A stretch of 63,485 bases of DNA, counting the filler, from Octopus bimaculoides (Eukaryota): assembly GCF_001194135.2 (NCBI RefSeq). It is 12 parts of 11 records of this genome, joined end to end, with 100 filler letters (N's around TTAATTAATTAA, not from the genome) between each part and the next. Parts side by side here need not be neighbours in the genome. Positions count along the whole stretch, not along the records: positions 1 to 2,595 come from NC_068995.1; positions 2,696 to 7,934 come from NW_026345594.1; positions 8,035 to 14,699 come from NC_068986.1; 9 more parts are not named here. One strand, 5' to 3'. Under the pieces are notes generated by a model. That model saw only the letters and a list, made by a program, of their open reading frames with translations. It was not told the origin of the DNA and did no database searches. Numbering within the stretch: position 1 is the stretch's first letter; every line of letters starts with the position of its first letter. Position numbers and translations under genes: made by a program. Shown here one piece after another: positions 1 to 14,365 of the stretch.

Positions 1-59
<59 letters not shown>

Positions 60-2381
60 TGTAAATATATATATAAATTTGTTTGGACGTATATATACAT
101 ATATTCGTATACCACACGTATCTGAATGCATAAATGTATCTAGGCATGTAGGAGGCATGTATGCGTGTCTACATGTTTACGAACTACTGTCAAATTGTTG
201 AGGCAATATCTGAAATCTGTCAGATAAGTGCTGTAAATTAGAAAATAAAACGCACACTAACACATACATGCAACCAATTCATACATACACAGGTAGACAC
301 ATACTTATATATATATACACCAACTAAAACAAGGGTATTTTCATTTCCCACAATAAATATATCAACGGTAGTGAACACAATAACAGCAAGAACACCACCA
401 TATGTGAAAGCATCTAGTGAATGCATCAAGTGTTGAAAATCGTAAAGAACACTATAATGTTGGTGGTGGTGGTGGAAGTGATGCTGGCCTTGGTTGTGGC
501 GTTATTGGTGTTTGTGGTGGTGGGTGGACAGGATATTTGCTGGAGAGATGAAAGAAAGGATAAAATGAAAAATGAAACGCAGTGGAATAGTGGAAGAAAG
601 AGAGACGGGGATTAGAGAATTAAACGAGGAATGAAATGAAAAAAACATCTGTATAGATAGCTAGCTAGCTAGACAGACAGACAGACCTACAGAGCGACAG
701 TTGCCCCAGATTTCCGCACAGAGAAGCTGACCCCAAGACCACAAGGTTGGGAACCATGATTTTTTCTCACACAACGACGCCTAGTTAATCATATCAAATA
801 CCCCATTCATACCTTATTCTTCATATTTTTACCGTTGTAACGTATTTAGAAATCAATTTTAAAACAAAACATGAAAAGTAATAATTCACTTCATCGCAAG
901 TAACCCAGAAAAGCTAACATCTGCACGTTGATTTTGAGGACAATTTATTTTATTCTAGCAACGTGTCATTAAGTATTGAATATCACAGCATCTCCTTTTA
1001 TCGTTCATATTTTGAAACTGATGAAACAAAATATGAAATTTTATTGAAGTTTTGTTTCATTCGAACTATTCACGTTTGTATAATCACAAACAATATACAT
1101 ACAGACATACATACATACATACATACATACTTACATACATATATATANNNNNNNNNNNNNNNNNNNNNNNNNNNNNNNNNNNNNNNNNNNNNNNNNNNNN
1201 NNNNNNNNNNNNNNNNNNNNNNNNNNNNNNNNNNNNNNNNNNNNNNNNNNNNNNNNNNNNNNNNNNNNNNNNNNNNNNNNNNNNNNNNNNNNNNNNNNNN
1301 NNNNNNNNNNNNNNNNNNNNNNNNNNNNNNNNNNNNNNNNNNNNNNNNNNNNNNTATATATATATATATATTTCTGCACTTGGTACTAGTGATCAGCCAG
1401 TGTTGTTAGTCATACTACAAATTGTATGAGGAGGATGGAGTGGGGTGATGGAGTGTATTGGTTAGTAACTAATATCATTTTAATGCCGTATCTTAGTTTC
1501 CTACAAACTTTGATGGCTAAGAAGACAAAACAGACACCCACAGTATATTACATACGTGTGTTGTGTGAGCGTATGTGTGTGTGTGTGTGTGTGCGTGTGT
1601 CTTTAGGTGTTTGTGTACACACATATATGAGTATAAACATATCGCAAAACACGAATAAATAAATAATGGAATTAAATACACCCATAATGCGATTTTCTGA
1701 AAATGATAAAAATAAATGTACGCACCAAGTTGTTGTTTTGAAGCTGATGGCATCGTTGTTATTCACGGTTGTCATTGTTATTGTGGTTGTTGTTGTTGTT
1801 ATTATTGCTGTTGCTTTACACTTATTTATATTTATTTATCTATTTGTTATTAATATATTTTTCTCGGCTTTATTTATGTTTAATATACCAATAAATCTTT
1901 GAGAAATAGAAAAAAAACACAGGAAAATAAAAACAAGAAATATAATGAAAAAATATCTATAAAAATATCGTCAAAAAGTTTTGTATATTTTGTTTTTATA
2001 ATCAGTTTTATTTATTTATTTATTTATTTTTACTGTGTATTATGTTATTTTTGACTTTCCGCTAAAAAAAAAGTTCTTTTCGTGGTTGGAGCTGTCAATA
2101 TGTGAGAGAAACTTCGATACCAACATGGCGTTATGGCATGACTTGGAGGATTAACGGTTTGACAGGAGAATCGGCAGAAACTCTCATCAACAGCAACAGT
2201 TAAAATGGCATCGCATTGATTTCAAGAATCATTGACAAATATCTTTAATCTACATACATACGTGTACTTTTTCACACCAATATACCACCAGTTCGATAAA
2301 GTAGAATGGTAATAATATTCGGTTATAGAATCTGTAATGTATGTACAGATATGCAATACATTAAAATGTAATGTCACCTTC

Positions 2382-2413
<32 letters not shown>

Positions 2414-2548
2414 CATGTATATGTATGTATGTATGTTTGTTTGTATGCATGTCGGCATATATGTACACATATATTTATATATATTAATGTATATATATGT
2501 ATGTATATGTATATATGTTTGTACATATATATATATATGTATGTATAT

Positions 2549-2595
<47 letters not shown>

Positions 2596-3022
2596 NNNNN
2601 NNNNNNNNNNNNNNNNNNNNNNNNNNNNNNNNNNNNNNNTTAATTAATTAANNNNNNNNNNNNNNNNNNNNNNNNNNNNNNNNNNNNNNNNNNNNATATA
2701 TATATATATATGCATGTTTGAGTATATATATATGTGCATGTGTATATATGTGTGTATCATCATCATTGTCGTCATCGTTTAATACCTGCTTTCCATGCTG
2801 GCATGAGTTTCACGGTTTGAATGAGGCTGCACCGGGCTCCAGTCTGATGTGGCAAGGTTTCTACTTCTGGATGCCCTTCTACTCCCAGAGTGTAGTGGGT
2901 GCTTTTTACATGCCACCAGCTTGAGGGCCAGTCAGGTAGCACTGGCATTGACCACACTCAAATACATATATATATATACTCTTACTCTTTCACTTGTTTC
3001 AGTCATTTGACTGCAGCCATGC

Positions 3023-3100
<78 letters not shown>

Positions 3101-3737
3101 ACAAGGTTGAGTTATTTTACTCTATGCAGGTAGAAATATATGAATGCATATTTTTATATATCTATCTCTCCTTCTCTCTCTCTCTCTCTCTCAATATATA
3201 TCTATCTATATGTATGTATGCATGTATGTATATGTGGTTTTTATTACTTTTTAAGACTCAAACTTCCTGTGCCCATTATAAACCCTTTGAGACTAATATC
3301 AGCGAGGAAGGAAGTATTTCTTGAACTGGAGGCTTGCAGCAGAGTTGAATCTACTGTGGGCACCCAAGAGCCAGAGGTTAATTCTATCACCCATGTATTT
3401 CGTAACAGGTTTTCAACTCAGAATTGAAACTGTTCCACTTTGAAATGACCTGTTTTTTTTCTATTGAGCTGAAAGTATGAACAGAAAAATTTGACTTCAA
3501 CAGGATCTAAAGTCAGAGCACACACAGTTGAAACATATATAAGTGTGTGTTTGTATCTATATTCATAAATAAAGAAGCATGGACAATTCTACATCTCTCT
3601 TTATTGATATTTGCTCAAACTCATTTTTTTTTCCTGCCAACTCACCTGTTTTTAGAATACTTACACTGAATAGAAGTTGGATTTTAAGAAATTGAATTGT
3701 CCAAGCACTAATCTATTCTTACATAAGCAGCCTCATG

Positions 3738-3785
<48 letters not shown>

Positions 3786-4184
3786 NNNNNNNNNNNNNNN
3801 NNNNNNNNNNNNNNNNNNNNNNNNNNNNNNNNNNNNNNNNNNNNNNNNNNNNNNNNNNNNNNNNNNNNNNNNNNNNNNNNNNNNNNNNNNATATATATAT
3901 CTGTCCATCTGTCTAGCTATCTATTTATCTATTAATCTGTATATCTGTCTGTCTATCTATCTATCTCTGTCTGTCTGTCTATCAATCTATCTATCTATCT
4001 ACCTATCTATCTACATATCTCTCTATCTATCTCTTAGTCTGTCTGTCTATCCATCCATCCAAATATTTATCTATCTATCTAACCATTTATTTATCTATCT
4101 GTCTGTCTGTCTGTCTGTCTGTCTATTACCATCTGTTTTCCTTTCTATCCATCTATCCATCCTGTGCATGTTCCTCCACTACCA

Positions 4185-4365
4185 CTTGATAACTGGTGAT
4201 GCTGTGTTTATGTCCCCATAACTTAGCAGTTTGATGAAAGAGACCAATAAAATAAGTAAGTATCAGGCTTTAAAAGAAGGTACTGGGGTCAATTCATTCG
4301 ACAAAAAAATTCTTTAAGGCAGTACCCCAGCATGGTCGCAGTCTAATGACTGAAAGAAGTAAAAA
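4185..4365 (+). mobile_element. SINE family 1, 3' part
   Basis: tgtttatgtccccataacttagcag...gagaccaataaaataagta...ccccagcatggtcgcagtctaatgactgaaa. Confidence 0.7.
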
Positions 4366-7300
4366 ATTAAAGGGAAGATATTACATGATTTCTATTACTG
4401 TGGCTTTTGAATAAAAAGGGTTTTATCTCTCTCTCTCTCTCACTCCTCCAGATTTATATCAGCATCACTTGAGAGTGTGCTGTTCAAAGAATGCATTGAG
4501 AAAATAGAAAACTACATGTAGTTGTAAAGCAAAACACTCTCTGACCATTTCCTAAAAAAATGTTTGCTGCCGAGGGAATTCTGGAAAGCTGTAAAAGCAA
4601 GGCTCAACATTATAACACTTTTCATAGTAACGTTCAAAAAAAAAATAAACTGGATGGCCATTGTTTAAATAGTGTGTGTACTTGATGTGAATGAATGGCG
4701 TAACAAACCAGTTTTGTGATGCAATAACAGGTGCAGTCATCCATACAGGAATTTATAACATTTCAGTTTTATTTCAGCGTATTTGTGTGAATGCAAAAAA
4801 AAAAACAAAAATAAACAGAAGTATCCAACGTCAAAACTTTGAAAGAATTTCCTTTTATGTTCTTGTATCAAACATCTTATCTACTTAAGCTTCACAATCA
4901 TGCAAGTTTGTAAATTGATGTTGATTTTAGTGATGCACCAGATGAAAGCAATAAAAATAGTATTATATTGACTAAGTCTTTAGAATACTTTTCAATTGCT
5001 CTGTTCAACCTTATATGTGTAAAATAAAAACTTCATATCCATCTTATCGCATCCAAACATTTTTCTTCCTGTTTTTTTTTTGGTTTTTTTTGCCTATTTG
5101 AAATAAGATGAATTTTATGTATTTTATTCCTGGTAATAACTCAATGTGTCTTTGAATCACAGCCACAATAAATTCGTGTTGCTTCACTATTCTTTCTTCT
5201 GGTTTAATGATAACCAACGTTCAGTGATATACATTGGTAAATTTAAATTTACTCTCAACATAAAGAGGTAATACACAATAAGAGAGCAAACAAAGTATAT
5301 ACAGAAACATCAATATACATAGTCGTGGTGGTGGTGGTCATGTTTTACCCAAGATGTTCTTTTTTGTTGTCCTTTATTGTACCTCACCAAACTTCATCCA
5401 TTCTCTATTTAAACAGGATGCTGTGCAATTTGATCAATTCTATCTTAATCATCAATTAATTAATTGGTTAACAGATAAGCAATTTTCTGCTTTTATTTAA
5501 TTTTTTTTTTTTTTTACCAAACCTGATAATCACATTTTTTAAAACAATTTTAACCTTGCAGAAATTTACAAACAACCAGAGTCTTCATTGTCATTTCCTT
5601 ACTGATTTCATTTGGCAAAACTAAAAACTTTATAAAGACCATAACAATTGATAGACAGCCAAATTTTACTATCGAATGCTAATTAAAGGATTACAATAGT
5701 CGTTTTACAAATAATGAAGACCGAGTCATTTGACAAATTCTGTATTAATGCCAGTCTGTCAATAAACTTGATTCAGTTTAGAATAAAGACATGATATTGC
5801 CGAAAAATCAAATTTATTGCCAGCAGATTTGCAATTTATAATCAGATTCATTTACCATTTTTAATCATGATATACATTGTTCCAAATAACCATGGTAATT
5901 TTTTTGCCAATTCTGTAAGCAGTTATTAGGAATTATTCCAATGTTCATAAAAACAATGCAATAATGGGGCTATTTAAAATCTATTTCAACCAATTAAATA
6001 TATTTCTTTTGATCTGCTACAAAAAGGCCCAATATTTTTATAGAGAAATTGATGAGGTAAATAGCTTTATTGTTAATTCGCTCATAGACTGAGGTAGCAG
6101 AATGGTTGAGGAATTCAACCATTTACTAATGATTTCATATCTGCTAGAGGCATTTTGTATTTTCTACAAACTGCACGTTGTTCTACACCTCCCATTTTGC
6201 CTGGTTAATGCCAGATCCTTAAACCCTTTAGTTGTCAGAATAGTCAGTCAAGTTATCATCATCATTTAACATCTATTTGCTATGCTGGCATAGGTTGGAC
6301 AGTTTGACAGGAGTTGGCCAGCTAATTGTCTGTTTTGGCATGGTTTTTACAGCTGCATGCCATTCCTTATGCGAACCACTTTACAGAGTGTGCTTTTCAA
6401 TTGTCACTGGTATGGGTGCATTCACTTAGCCCTGGTGCTATGCTTATTTATTCACACTGTCTTGAATTAGCCACACATCATCATTTAACTTTGAACTTCC
6501 AGTGACATGAGTATTTATTTTTAGAATGATATTGTAGGTTAATTTTGAGAGGCCAGATCTGACCAGTTTCAACATGACACAGGTAGAATATTTTGGCTGG
6601 ATATGGTTGGGTTAAATGCTAAATGATGAAGAATATTTCTAACTCAGGCTAGATTCTGTCAGTTGTCTTGCCTTGCATCAATAATTTTAACCAATCATAT
6701 AAGCCAAGCCTGTGTTGCCATTTAGTATCTATTTTATTGATCTCTAACCCTATTCCCCCCACCCACCACTCTCTCTCTCTTTCTCTCTCATATTCAGCTT
6801 GTATCTTGAGTATAGGCCCCACTAACTGTCTCCCACTTCTCTTTCAAGCTGGGGGAAGATATGTATTTGTGCTTCAGTAAGACACCCCTTTTTCTGTTAC
6901 TATGATATATTTCCACTCCTTTCAATACTACATTCCTCTCATTGGAGAATCCTTGTCTTCCAAATACTGGATAACTTTAGTAGTATCAGTGCCATGAAAA
7001 CGGCTCCGACTTCATTCTGTAAAGTGGTTGGCATTAAGAAGTGTGTCTGGCTATAGAAACCATGCCAAAGCAGACATTGCAGCCTTGTGCAGACCTCTGG
7101 CTTGTCAGTTCCTGACAAACAGTCCAAACCATGACAATCTTGTCTTTCACAACAGCAAAAATAAATTAGTAAACGAATAAAGCAATCACTGTACATTTTA
7201 TGAAAGTGTTAAATGATGATGAAGATGATGATGATAAGTTTTTGACAGAAGGATATACATAAAGGGTCTAATGAGGCTAACATAAATGCATGCATACATG

Positions 7301-7889
7301 CGTGCGTGCACACACACACAATGCAGAACCATGGCTGGTTCTTCTTAACACACGGCCTTGCCAATGGAGTGTGTGCTTTGATGATCCATCTGAGCATCGA
7401 TCATTGAATCATTCAGCCAATCTGCCCATGTCGTGGCTTTCATTCTAACAATGAACTATAAGTCAAATAGCCTAGTCAGAGCATTTCCAGAACCTTTCTC
7501 ATCCTACATGTTATCAAAAAAAAAGAGACTAAGAAAGTCTTAGGAAAACCCATCCAGCTAGATTGGACGAAAGTGGATTGACTCAAATGGAAAACAGGTG
7601 AATAGATTTGAAATGGCTACCTCCTGCCAAGAATTGAAACCAGACCTCTAGTTAAGCTCCATAGGAGCTTACCACAATCTGCTACATTGTACTTGCATAG
7701 ATGCATTCAGGAATTATTAGGATACATTTATTTTTACAGTTTGCCAACAACAATTACTTAAATCACCATCAAGTTATAATATGATATTGGCAAATGTCAT
7801 GTGTGCAGGGGAGCATGGAAATTATATTACTTCTTCCAACAATCACATAATGTGTTTTGTTGGCTTTGTAATTGTTCATATATGTAAAG

Positions 7890-7934
<45 letters not shown>

Positions 7935-8034
7935 NNNNNNNNNNNNNNNNNNNNNNNNNNNNNNNNNNNNNNNNNNNNTTAATTAATTAANNNNNNNNNN
8001 NNNNNNNNNNNNNNNNNNNNNNNNNNNNNNNNNN

Positions 8035-8077
<43 letters not shown>

Positions 8078-8079
<2 letters not shown>

Positions 8080-8235
8080 TGCAGGTGTGGCTGTGTGGTA
8101 AGAAACTTGGTTCCAAAGCACATGATCCTGGGTTCAGTTCAATTTGTGTGGTAACTTGACATGTGTCTTCTGCTATAGCCTCAGACCAACCAAAGCCTTG
8201 TGAGTGGATTTGGTAGACAGAATCTGAAAGTAATC

Positions 8236-8277
<42 letters not shown>

Positions 8278-8400
8278 GTAAGTGTATGTGTGTTTCTGTG
8301 TCTATGTTTCTCCCTCACCACTGCTTGACAACTGGTGTTCATTTATTTACATCCCCATAACTTATTGGTTTGATAGAATAAGTACCAGGCATATCAAAAT
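8078..8400 (+). mobile_element. tRNA-derived SINE, family 1 (ggcgtggctgtgtggtaag head)
   Basis: Head with A/B-box-like motifs and body aaagccttgtgagtggatttggtag shared with many other copies in the window. Confidence 0.8.
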
Positions 8401-10107
8401 TTTAAAAAAAGCAATGAGGTTGATTTATTACTTTTTAAAAAATTTTGATATGCCTGGTACTTATTCTATCAGTCCTAATATATTTTTCCTACTTCTTAAA
8501 ATAATCCCAGATTGCAAAATAGTTTTGAAAAACCAAAGAATTTTCCCTTTGCAGTTTTTGGTGCCGAAATGAGTTTCATTTTTGTGTGGGGAGAGAGAGA
8601 GAGTGAGTTAGTTTTTCAAGTCTATTCCGCAATCTGGGATTATTATATATATTATATCCAGTGATTTTAAGAGATAGGAAAAAGATATTTTGTTTTAATA
8701 TTATACTTTTATTTTGTTTCACACATACATGCAAAAACTCTAGCGTGTTTTTTTTAGATGAGTTTATCGTTTGTAATCTCTCCACACACTTCGTTACCAC
8801 TAACTTCTATAACCTCTGCATTTTCACTTATTTATTTTAAACTTCTTTGAATTTTCAATCTAATGTAATCAACATTCTCTTGAAAACGTATTTCTGCAAA
8901 ATGTTATCTAAAATTATGGGTAAAGAAAGAAATAGCAAAAAATATTTGAAAATGGGGGTTGGGGTGAAATTTCCGAGGATTCCACTCCACCCCGTTTTCC
9001 AGACCCCAAAAAGGTTTTGTAGCATATTAGGAGGTCACCGGAATTCATTCAACGGGAAAAAAAAATTTCTAATGATTCCGGGATGGGGGGTTCGGTTCCC
9101 ACCCCTCCTTTTTTCCAAACAAAAATAAGGAGTTTGCAGCATATTAGGAGGTCAGGGTACTTGATTCCATGCAAAAAAACTGAGTTTTTTTTTTTCTTTG
9201 TGAAAATCGTGCGGGTGAAAGGATCAAATAATACCAAAAAATATATATCCACATAAAAATACAAAATATATAGAAAGGCCTGTTAAGAAAAGGTATATAC
9301 AAATCGACTAAAATAAGTAAACAAAATGAATTACTAAAGTGTGTCAAGCAACTAAAAAGAAGTTTTTATCCCTCAATCTATAATAATAAATGCCATAACG
9401 AATTTCTGTGTCAGTGTGTCACACTTTGACTTCCTTTCTCACTATTCAGTGACACTTCTACTCCTCTTACTGGGGTTAGAGTAATAGTAGGCATAGAGAC
9501 GGTGAGAGTGGTAGTAGATTGATGGTTGTGATAATAATGGGGTGATAGTAATAGTATGAGCTGTAGTTGTGATAGAGGTAGAGGCAACGGTGATGATGGT
9601 GGTGGTGGTAGGAGCTGAGGCAGTCAAGCATGACGGTGATAGTAAGGGATGTGAAAGATAGTGGTGATGGTGGTGGAGGGGAAGGTGGCGATGTCAAAGG
9701 TGTTGATGTTGGTGGCATCAGAAGTCTGAATGGTGTGTGTATGGCAGTTGTGGTGGTACTGGTGATTGTGATGGTTGAAAACAATCAACAGAAAGAGAGA
9801 GAGAGAAAGAAAAAGTTTAGACAGAAAAATAATTGTACTGACTCCCCCCAAACGGGAAGACAAAAAAAGTCCTCTATCATGAAGTTTTTTAATAAGTTTG
9901 AAGTCAACATGTTATATCAGTGTTTTGATGACAATTGTTCATTGCTTGAAAAATATTGGTCAAGTTTAATAAAATTTAATATGTACTCAATGCATGAAGT
10001 GTCATTATTGGGCTCAAGGCCCAATGATGTGCCTTCTATAGGAACTAGCTTAAAAGCTGCCCAATGGGGTGACTTTCAAGCTAGTTAAAAATATCTATAG
10101 GTCTTTT

Positions 10108-10210
10108 GGTGGAAGTAAAGAATATGTACACCACCTGTTTACGGTGTAACAAAAACTCTAACCCTAACCCTAACCCTAAACACTAGGTGTACGTATTCTT
10201 TACTTTCGCC
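10108..10210. mobile_element. Short element: 25-bp inverted repeats enclosing a (CCCTAA)n tract
   Basis: ggtggaagtaaagaatatgtacacc (10108-10132) vs ggtgtacgtattctttactttcgcc (10186-10210), 3 mismatches. Confidence 0.7.
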
Positions 10211-10428
10211 GTCGTTTTTTTTTTAGAAAACATAAAAACGGAGAAGAAGCACACTCTAAGAAGTACAGCAGTTTGTATTTATTACTGGTGAGGTTCCCCC
10301 CTCCATACTTTAAAGAGGTCATAGGTCAACAAGTTTTAGGGTCTGATGATATGCCATAAAGATACACTTAGTGGCGAGAAACTCAGAGTAACCCTATAAA
10401 CATACCTTCACCAGTAATATATATATAT

Positions 10429-10586
10429 TACTGGCGTTAGGAAGGGCATCCAGCTGTAGAAACTCTGCCAAATTAGATTGGAGCCTGGTGTTGCCATCCG
10501 GTTTCACCAGTCCTCAGTCAAATCGTCCAACCCATGCTAGCATGGAAAGCGGACGTTAAACGATGATGATGATGATGATGATGATG
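10429..10586 (+). mobile_element. SINE/LINE 3' tail ending in (GAT)n; reverse copies at ~2755-2895 and ~6255-6400
   Basis: ggaagggcatccagctgtagaaac...caacccatgctagcatggaaagcggacgttaaacgatgatgat recurs in reverse orientation elsewhere in the window. Confidence 0.7.
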
Positions 10587-10850
10587 ATATATATATATAT
10601 ANNNNNNNNNNNNNNNNNNNNNNNNNNNNNNNNNNNNNNNNNNNNNNNNNNNNNNNNNNNNNNNNNNNNNNNNNNNNNNNNNNNNNNNNNNNNNNNNNNN
10701 NNNNNNNNNNNNNNNNNNNNNNNNNNNNNNNNNNNNNNNNNNNNNNNNNNNNAAAAGGGTAAAGGATTATCAATTTATTAATTTATTAATAAATTAATAA
10801 TTAATAATTTTTACCAAGCCCTTCGGTATGTAAACACCATTATCGGTGAA

Positions 10851-13779
10851 GACCTGTGCTGGTCAAGGAAACGGTCAGTCCTTTGTTTAGGATTTGACCT
10901 ACATTACTGTCCATAGTCTTTATAACAGAGAACACTTCCTATCTCTTCCTCTTTTTTGTGTCAGCAGACCAAAGAGCAACATGCTCTTCTGCATCAGCCA
11001 TGACGAAAAGCAACACTTCCCTTTCACCCTTAGCTTGATGTATGAACAGAAGCTTTCGGCTGCAAGAAAGACGATGCCACCTTTATCCTTTCTTCCATTC
11101 TAGTTAGCGCTGTGCATTCTTTATTCTTTCACTCTCTCCTGACAGACAACTTCTGCATACTACCAACTACTAACCATCAAGCTAACCTTTTTCTACACTA
11201 TTACTACTGCCTTTTTAACTACCTGTTGGGCAAACAAATAAATGTATGTAAATAATATTTCTTCCTTCCTGGTGTTGATTCTTCGATGTTCACTGGTTAC
11301 TCCGACACAAGAACCTTCAAGCGTTACATCTACATGCTACATTTAGTAGTGGGCTACATCATATTGAAGTTAATTGGCATCTTACATTAAGCCCGCTACA
11401 ATTGGTGACCCTGAGCTAAAAGATCTGCAGCCTTTGTCTAACAGCCTTTGCCATGTATTGCTTCCTGATGTTCTAATACACGATTACCTCTACTTTACCA
11501 ACTTAATTGCATTTGGAAAATGACAATCTTTTGTTCTGCGGTTAAATTTTCCATTTCATCACTACATTCTGGTGACCTGAGCTCAGGAATAACAGCCTTC
11601 ACATCATGCTCATCACACTGAAGACATCAATAACAACTTTCACTATACACAGTTCCGTTTCGACTGTCATACAACTTGAAGGAAAAGAACTCACTAACAC
11701 AATGGACACCCATCATGCACTTTTGACTTGCCATAGAATGCACTCTACTACGTTGCACAGAAACATCTACAATCAAAGAACACATCATTTTGACAACCAT
11801 CCGACCAAAAACTACCTGGATGAAAATATGGAAGCCTGCACGTGCAATGTTATCCATAGTCACAGACTTTTTGAATGCAGTCTGCATTTAACCAGTATGC
11901 CACACGAACTTTGTACATAGACTTGAACTTTCTATGCATGCACATAGTTTTGCATTCCAAATGCCTACTTTTTAGCTTTTTAGGACTAAGGACATTTTCT
12001 AGCTGAGTTTGTCATTTTCATTCTGTTTTGTTTGCTCTGCACACCTTCATTTGTTTACACATAACATTTAATTCTGCAACGCCTTGTTTTACTAAAACAA
12101 CTAAATTTATATGCATATGTTTTTGAATGTTCTATATTTTTATAATATTTTTTTCTTGTTGGCCACTGGCATTGCATATTTCATGCACACGCATTGCTCA
12201 CCTGTTTTTATTACATGGTTTCTGTTAAATGTTCTCTTTTGAATGTCTGCAATTTCTTTCTTTGCATGCTGGCCTACTTATGCACTGCTCTGTATTTTGT
12301 TTGTAAAACAAAACGAAATTTTTTTCAATATTCACACACAAACTTGCATGGCTGCACCCATAGTACCTTTAGAGTCATTTTCTCATGTCTGCACCCACTC
12401 AGCTCTTTTTCCCAACTCTATATGTCGGATGCCAGCTCATGCTCTCTGCGCCCTTGTCAGACACAACTTACCTCTGTTCAACCCCAGGTTGGTTACGAAG
12501 TTAATAGAAAAAATTGCCTGTCCTACACAACGTGCCAGCATGCCACACTATCATCATTCTGGCTAATCTTAGAAAATGCCTATAACAACAATGTCAGGCA
12601 CATTTCACTTCTGCACCCCTTCTTGGCATTTTCACACTAAATGCAATCCTGCAAGAAAACTTTTGCTGATATCCATGGAAAGAGAATGCACACACTCACT
12701 CACTCGCCTCAGCTTATTTCAGAGCTACAGGACTTTCTCTCACACTCATGTATACACCCTTGCATGCTCACTCACACAACAACTAGCACATTCAGCACTC
12801 ATGCGCATGCATGTTCATTCTGCCTCAGTTGCACACCGATTGGCATATTCTGCATCCTGCGCAAGCAAAGCGACACCGCTGTTCGGACTCACACGAATAG
12901 ATACCCGTCCCATATACGTTCTCAGGATTCTCTCTCCTGATATGAACAGTTTTTCTCAGCCTTGCTTCACATTTACCAACAACAAAATACTTTTCACAAT
13001 TGAACGTTATTTCCATCTTGTCCTAAAATGCATTTTTGTATGAATGCATTCTTTTCCCTAGATTGTTTATGTTTCTTTTTTTAGGAACTCTTTAGCGGGT
13101 GAGTAGTTTAGGGATCTAGCTTGAGATTTGAAACCAAATCCACCTGCTTGTTGCTTGTCAAAACATGTGGGAAATCCTCTCCACACCAGATGATTGATGA
13201 AGTAACACTCGACCCCCTAGGACCTGTGCTGGTCAAGGAAACGGTCAGTCCTTTGTTTAGGATTTGACCTACATTACTGTCCATAGTCTTTATAACAGAG
13301 AACACTTCCTATCTCTTCCTCTTTTTTGTGTCAGCAGACCAAGGAACAACATGCTCTTCTGTGTCAGCCATGACCAAGCGCAACACTTCCCTTTCACCTT
13401 CAGCTCCACATATGAACAGAAGCTTTCCGCTGCAAGAAAGACGATGCCACCTTTATCCTTTCTTCCTTTCTATTCAGCACCATGCATTCTTTACTCTTTC
13501 ACTCTCTACTGACAGACAACTTCTGCACACTACCAATTACTAACCATCAAGCTAACCTTTTTCTACACTATCACTACAATTACTACTGCCTTTTTAACTA
13601 CCTGTTGGGCAAGTGAATAAATATATGTAAATAATATTTCTTCCTTCTTGGTGTTGATTCTTCAATGTTCACTGGTTACTCTGACTTGAGAACCTTCAAG
13701 CATTACATCTACACACTATATTTAGTAGTGGGCTACATTATATTGACATGAATTGGTATCTCACATTAAGCCCACTACA
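10851..13779 (+). mobile_element. Degenerate non-autonomous LTR retroelement (gypsy-like termini, no recognisable pol)
   Basis: Direct repeats 10851-11400 and 13221-13779, both ending ...CTACA. PBS-like TGGTGACCC at 11403-11411 follows the first repeat. Purine-rich tract 13094-13106 followed by TTTAG (degenerate TGTAG) suggests the 3' LTR starts near 13107 and the 5' LTR lacks its first ~115 bp. Confidence 0.75.
11403..11411 (+). other. Primer-binding-site-like motif (complementary to the 3' end of tRNA-Trp, degenerate beyond 9 nt)
   Basis: TGGTGACCC lies 2 nt after the LTR end. The tRNA-Trp PBS begins TGGTGACCCCGA (established knowledge). Confidence 0.6.
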
Positions 13780-13780
13780 A

Positions 13781-13830
13781 ACCTTTAGTGGAACCTTAGG
13801 GTTCCGGAGAACCCCGATTGAGAAACGCTG
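13781..13830. mobile_element. Right end of an hAT-type MITE abutting the 3' LTR
   Basis: gggttccggagaaccccgattgagaaacgctg resembles an hAT MITE terminus (revcomp cagcgtttctcaa). The left end was not found. Confidence 0.4.
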
Positions 13831-14365
13831 CTGTATCCAGTGTTTTAACTTTGTATTGTTGAATAGTATATTTTTTCTAGAGCATTACTAAAACTCAGTC
13901 ATTATTTATTAGTTGTAGGCCTGACAGTAGCCACATCCATATATCAAGATATGAGTGAACAACTGATGAGTAAACGTTTTTTTATAAATTATGGAGATGT
14001 ACTTGCCTAGCGCCAAGTTTTGTCAGTGAACAGGCTGTGGTTTCAAAGCAACAAAAATATTTTGACACAAATGAAAATTAGATGTTGAAGTGAAATTAAC
14101 AGTTTTTGTGTGTTCTTGGTTGACTTACAAATACCTTTGACACTGCACCTCCTGACTGCGTTTCTTTATAACTTCCAGAAAAATGGATATTTTTAAATAA
14201 AATTTTCTACAAATACGATTTAGATAGTGTAGGTTCCAGTTATATTGGAATTTGTTGTGAAAATATTTTTCCATAGGTGGAGAAAAGAGTTTCAGAAAAT
14301 TCAGACGAGTCGGCTTTGTTTTCTTGTGACTTTCAGAATAACTGGTATTCCTTAATGAAATTTTT

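Noticed and set aside
5560-6060. Possible decayed transposase on the minus strand
   Set aside because: Hand translation in three frames gave no motif I could assign.
12243-13043. ORFs inside the LTR element as gag/pol
   Set aside because: Only faint resemblance to gag and integrase-end sequences; no diagnostic motif.
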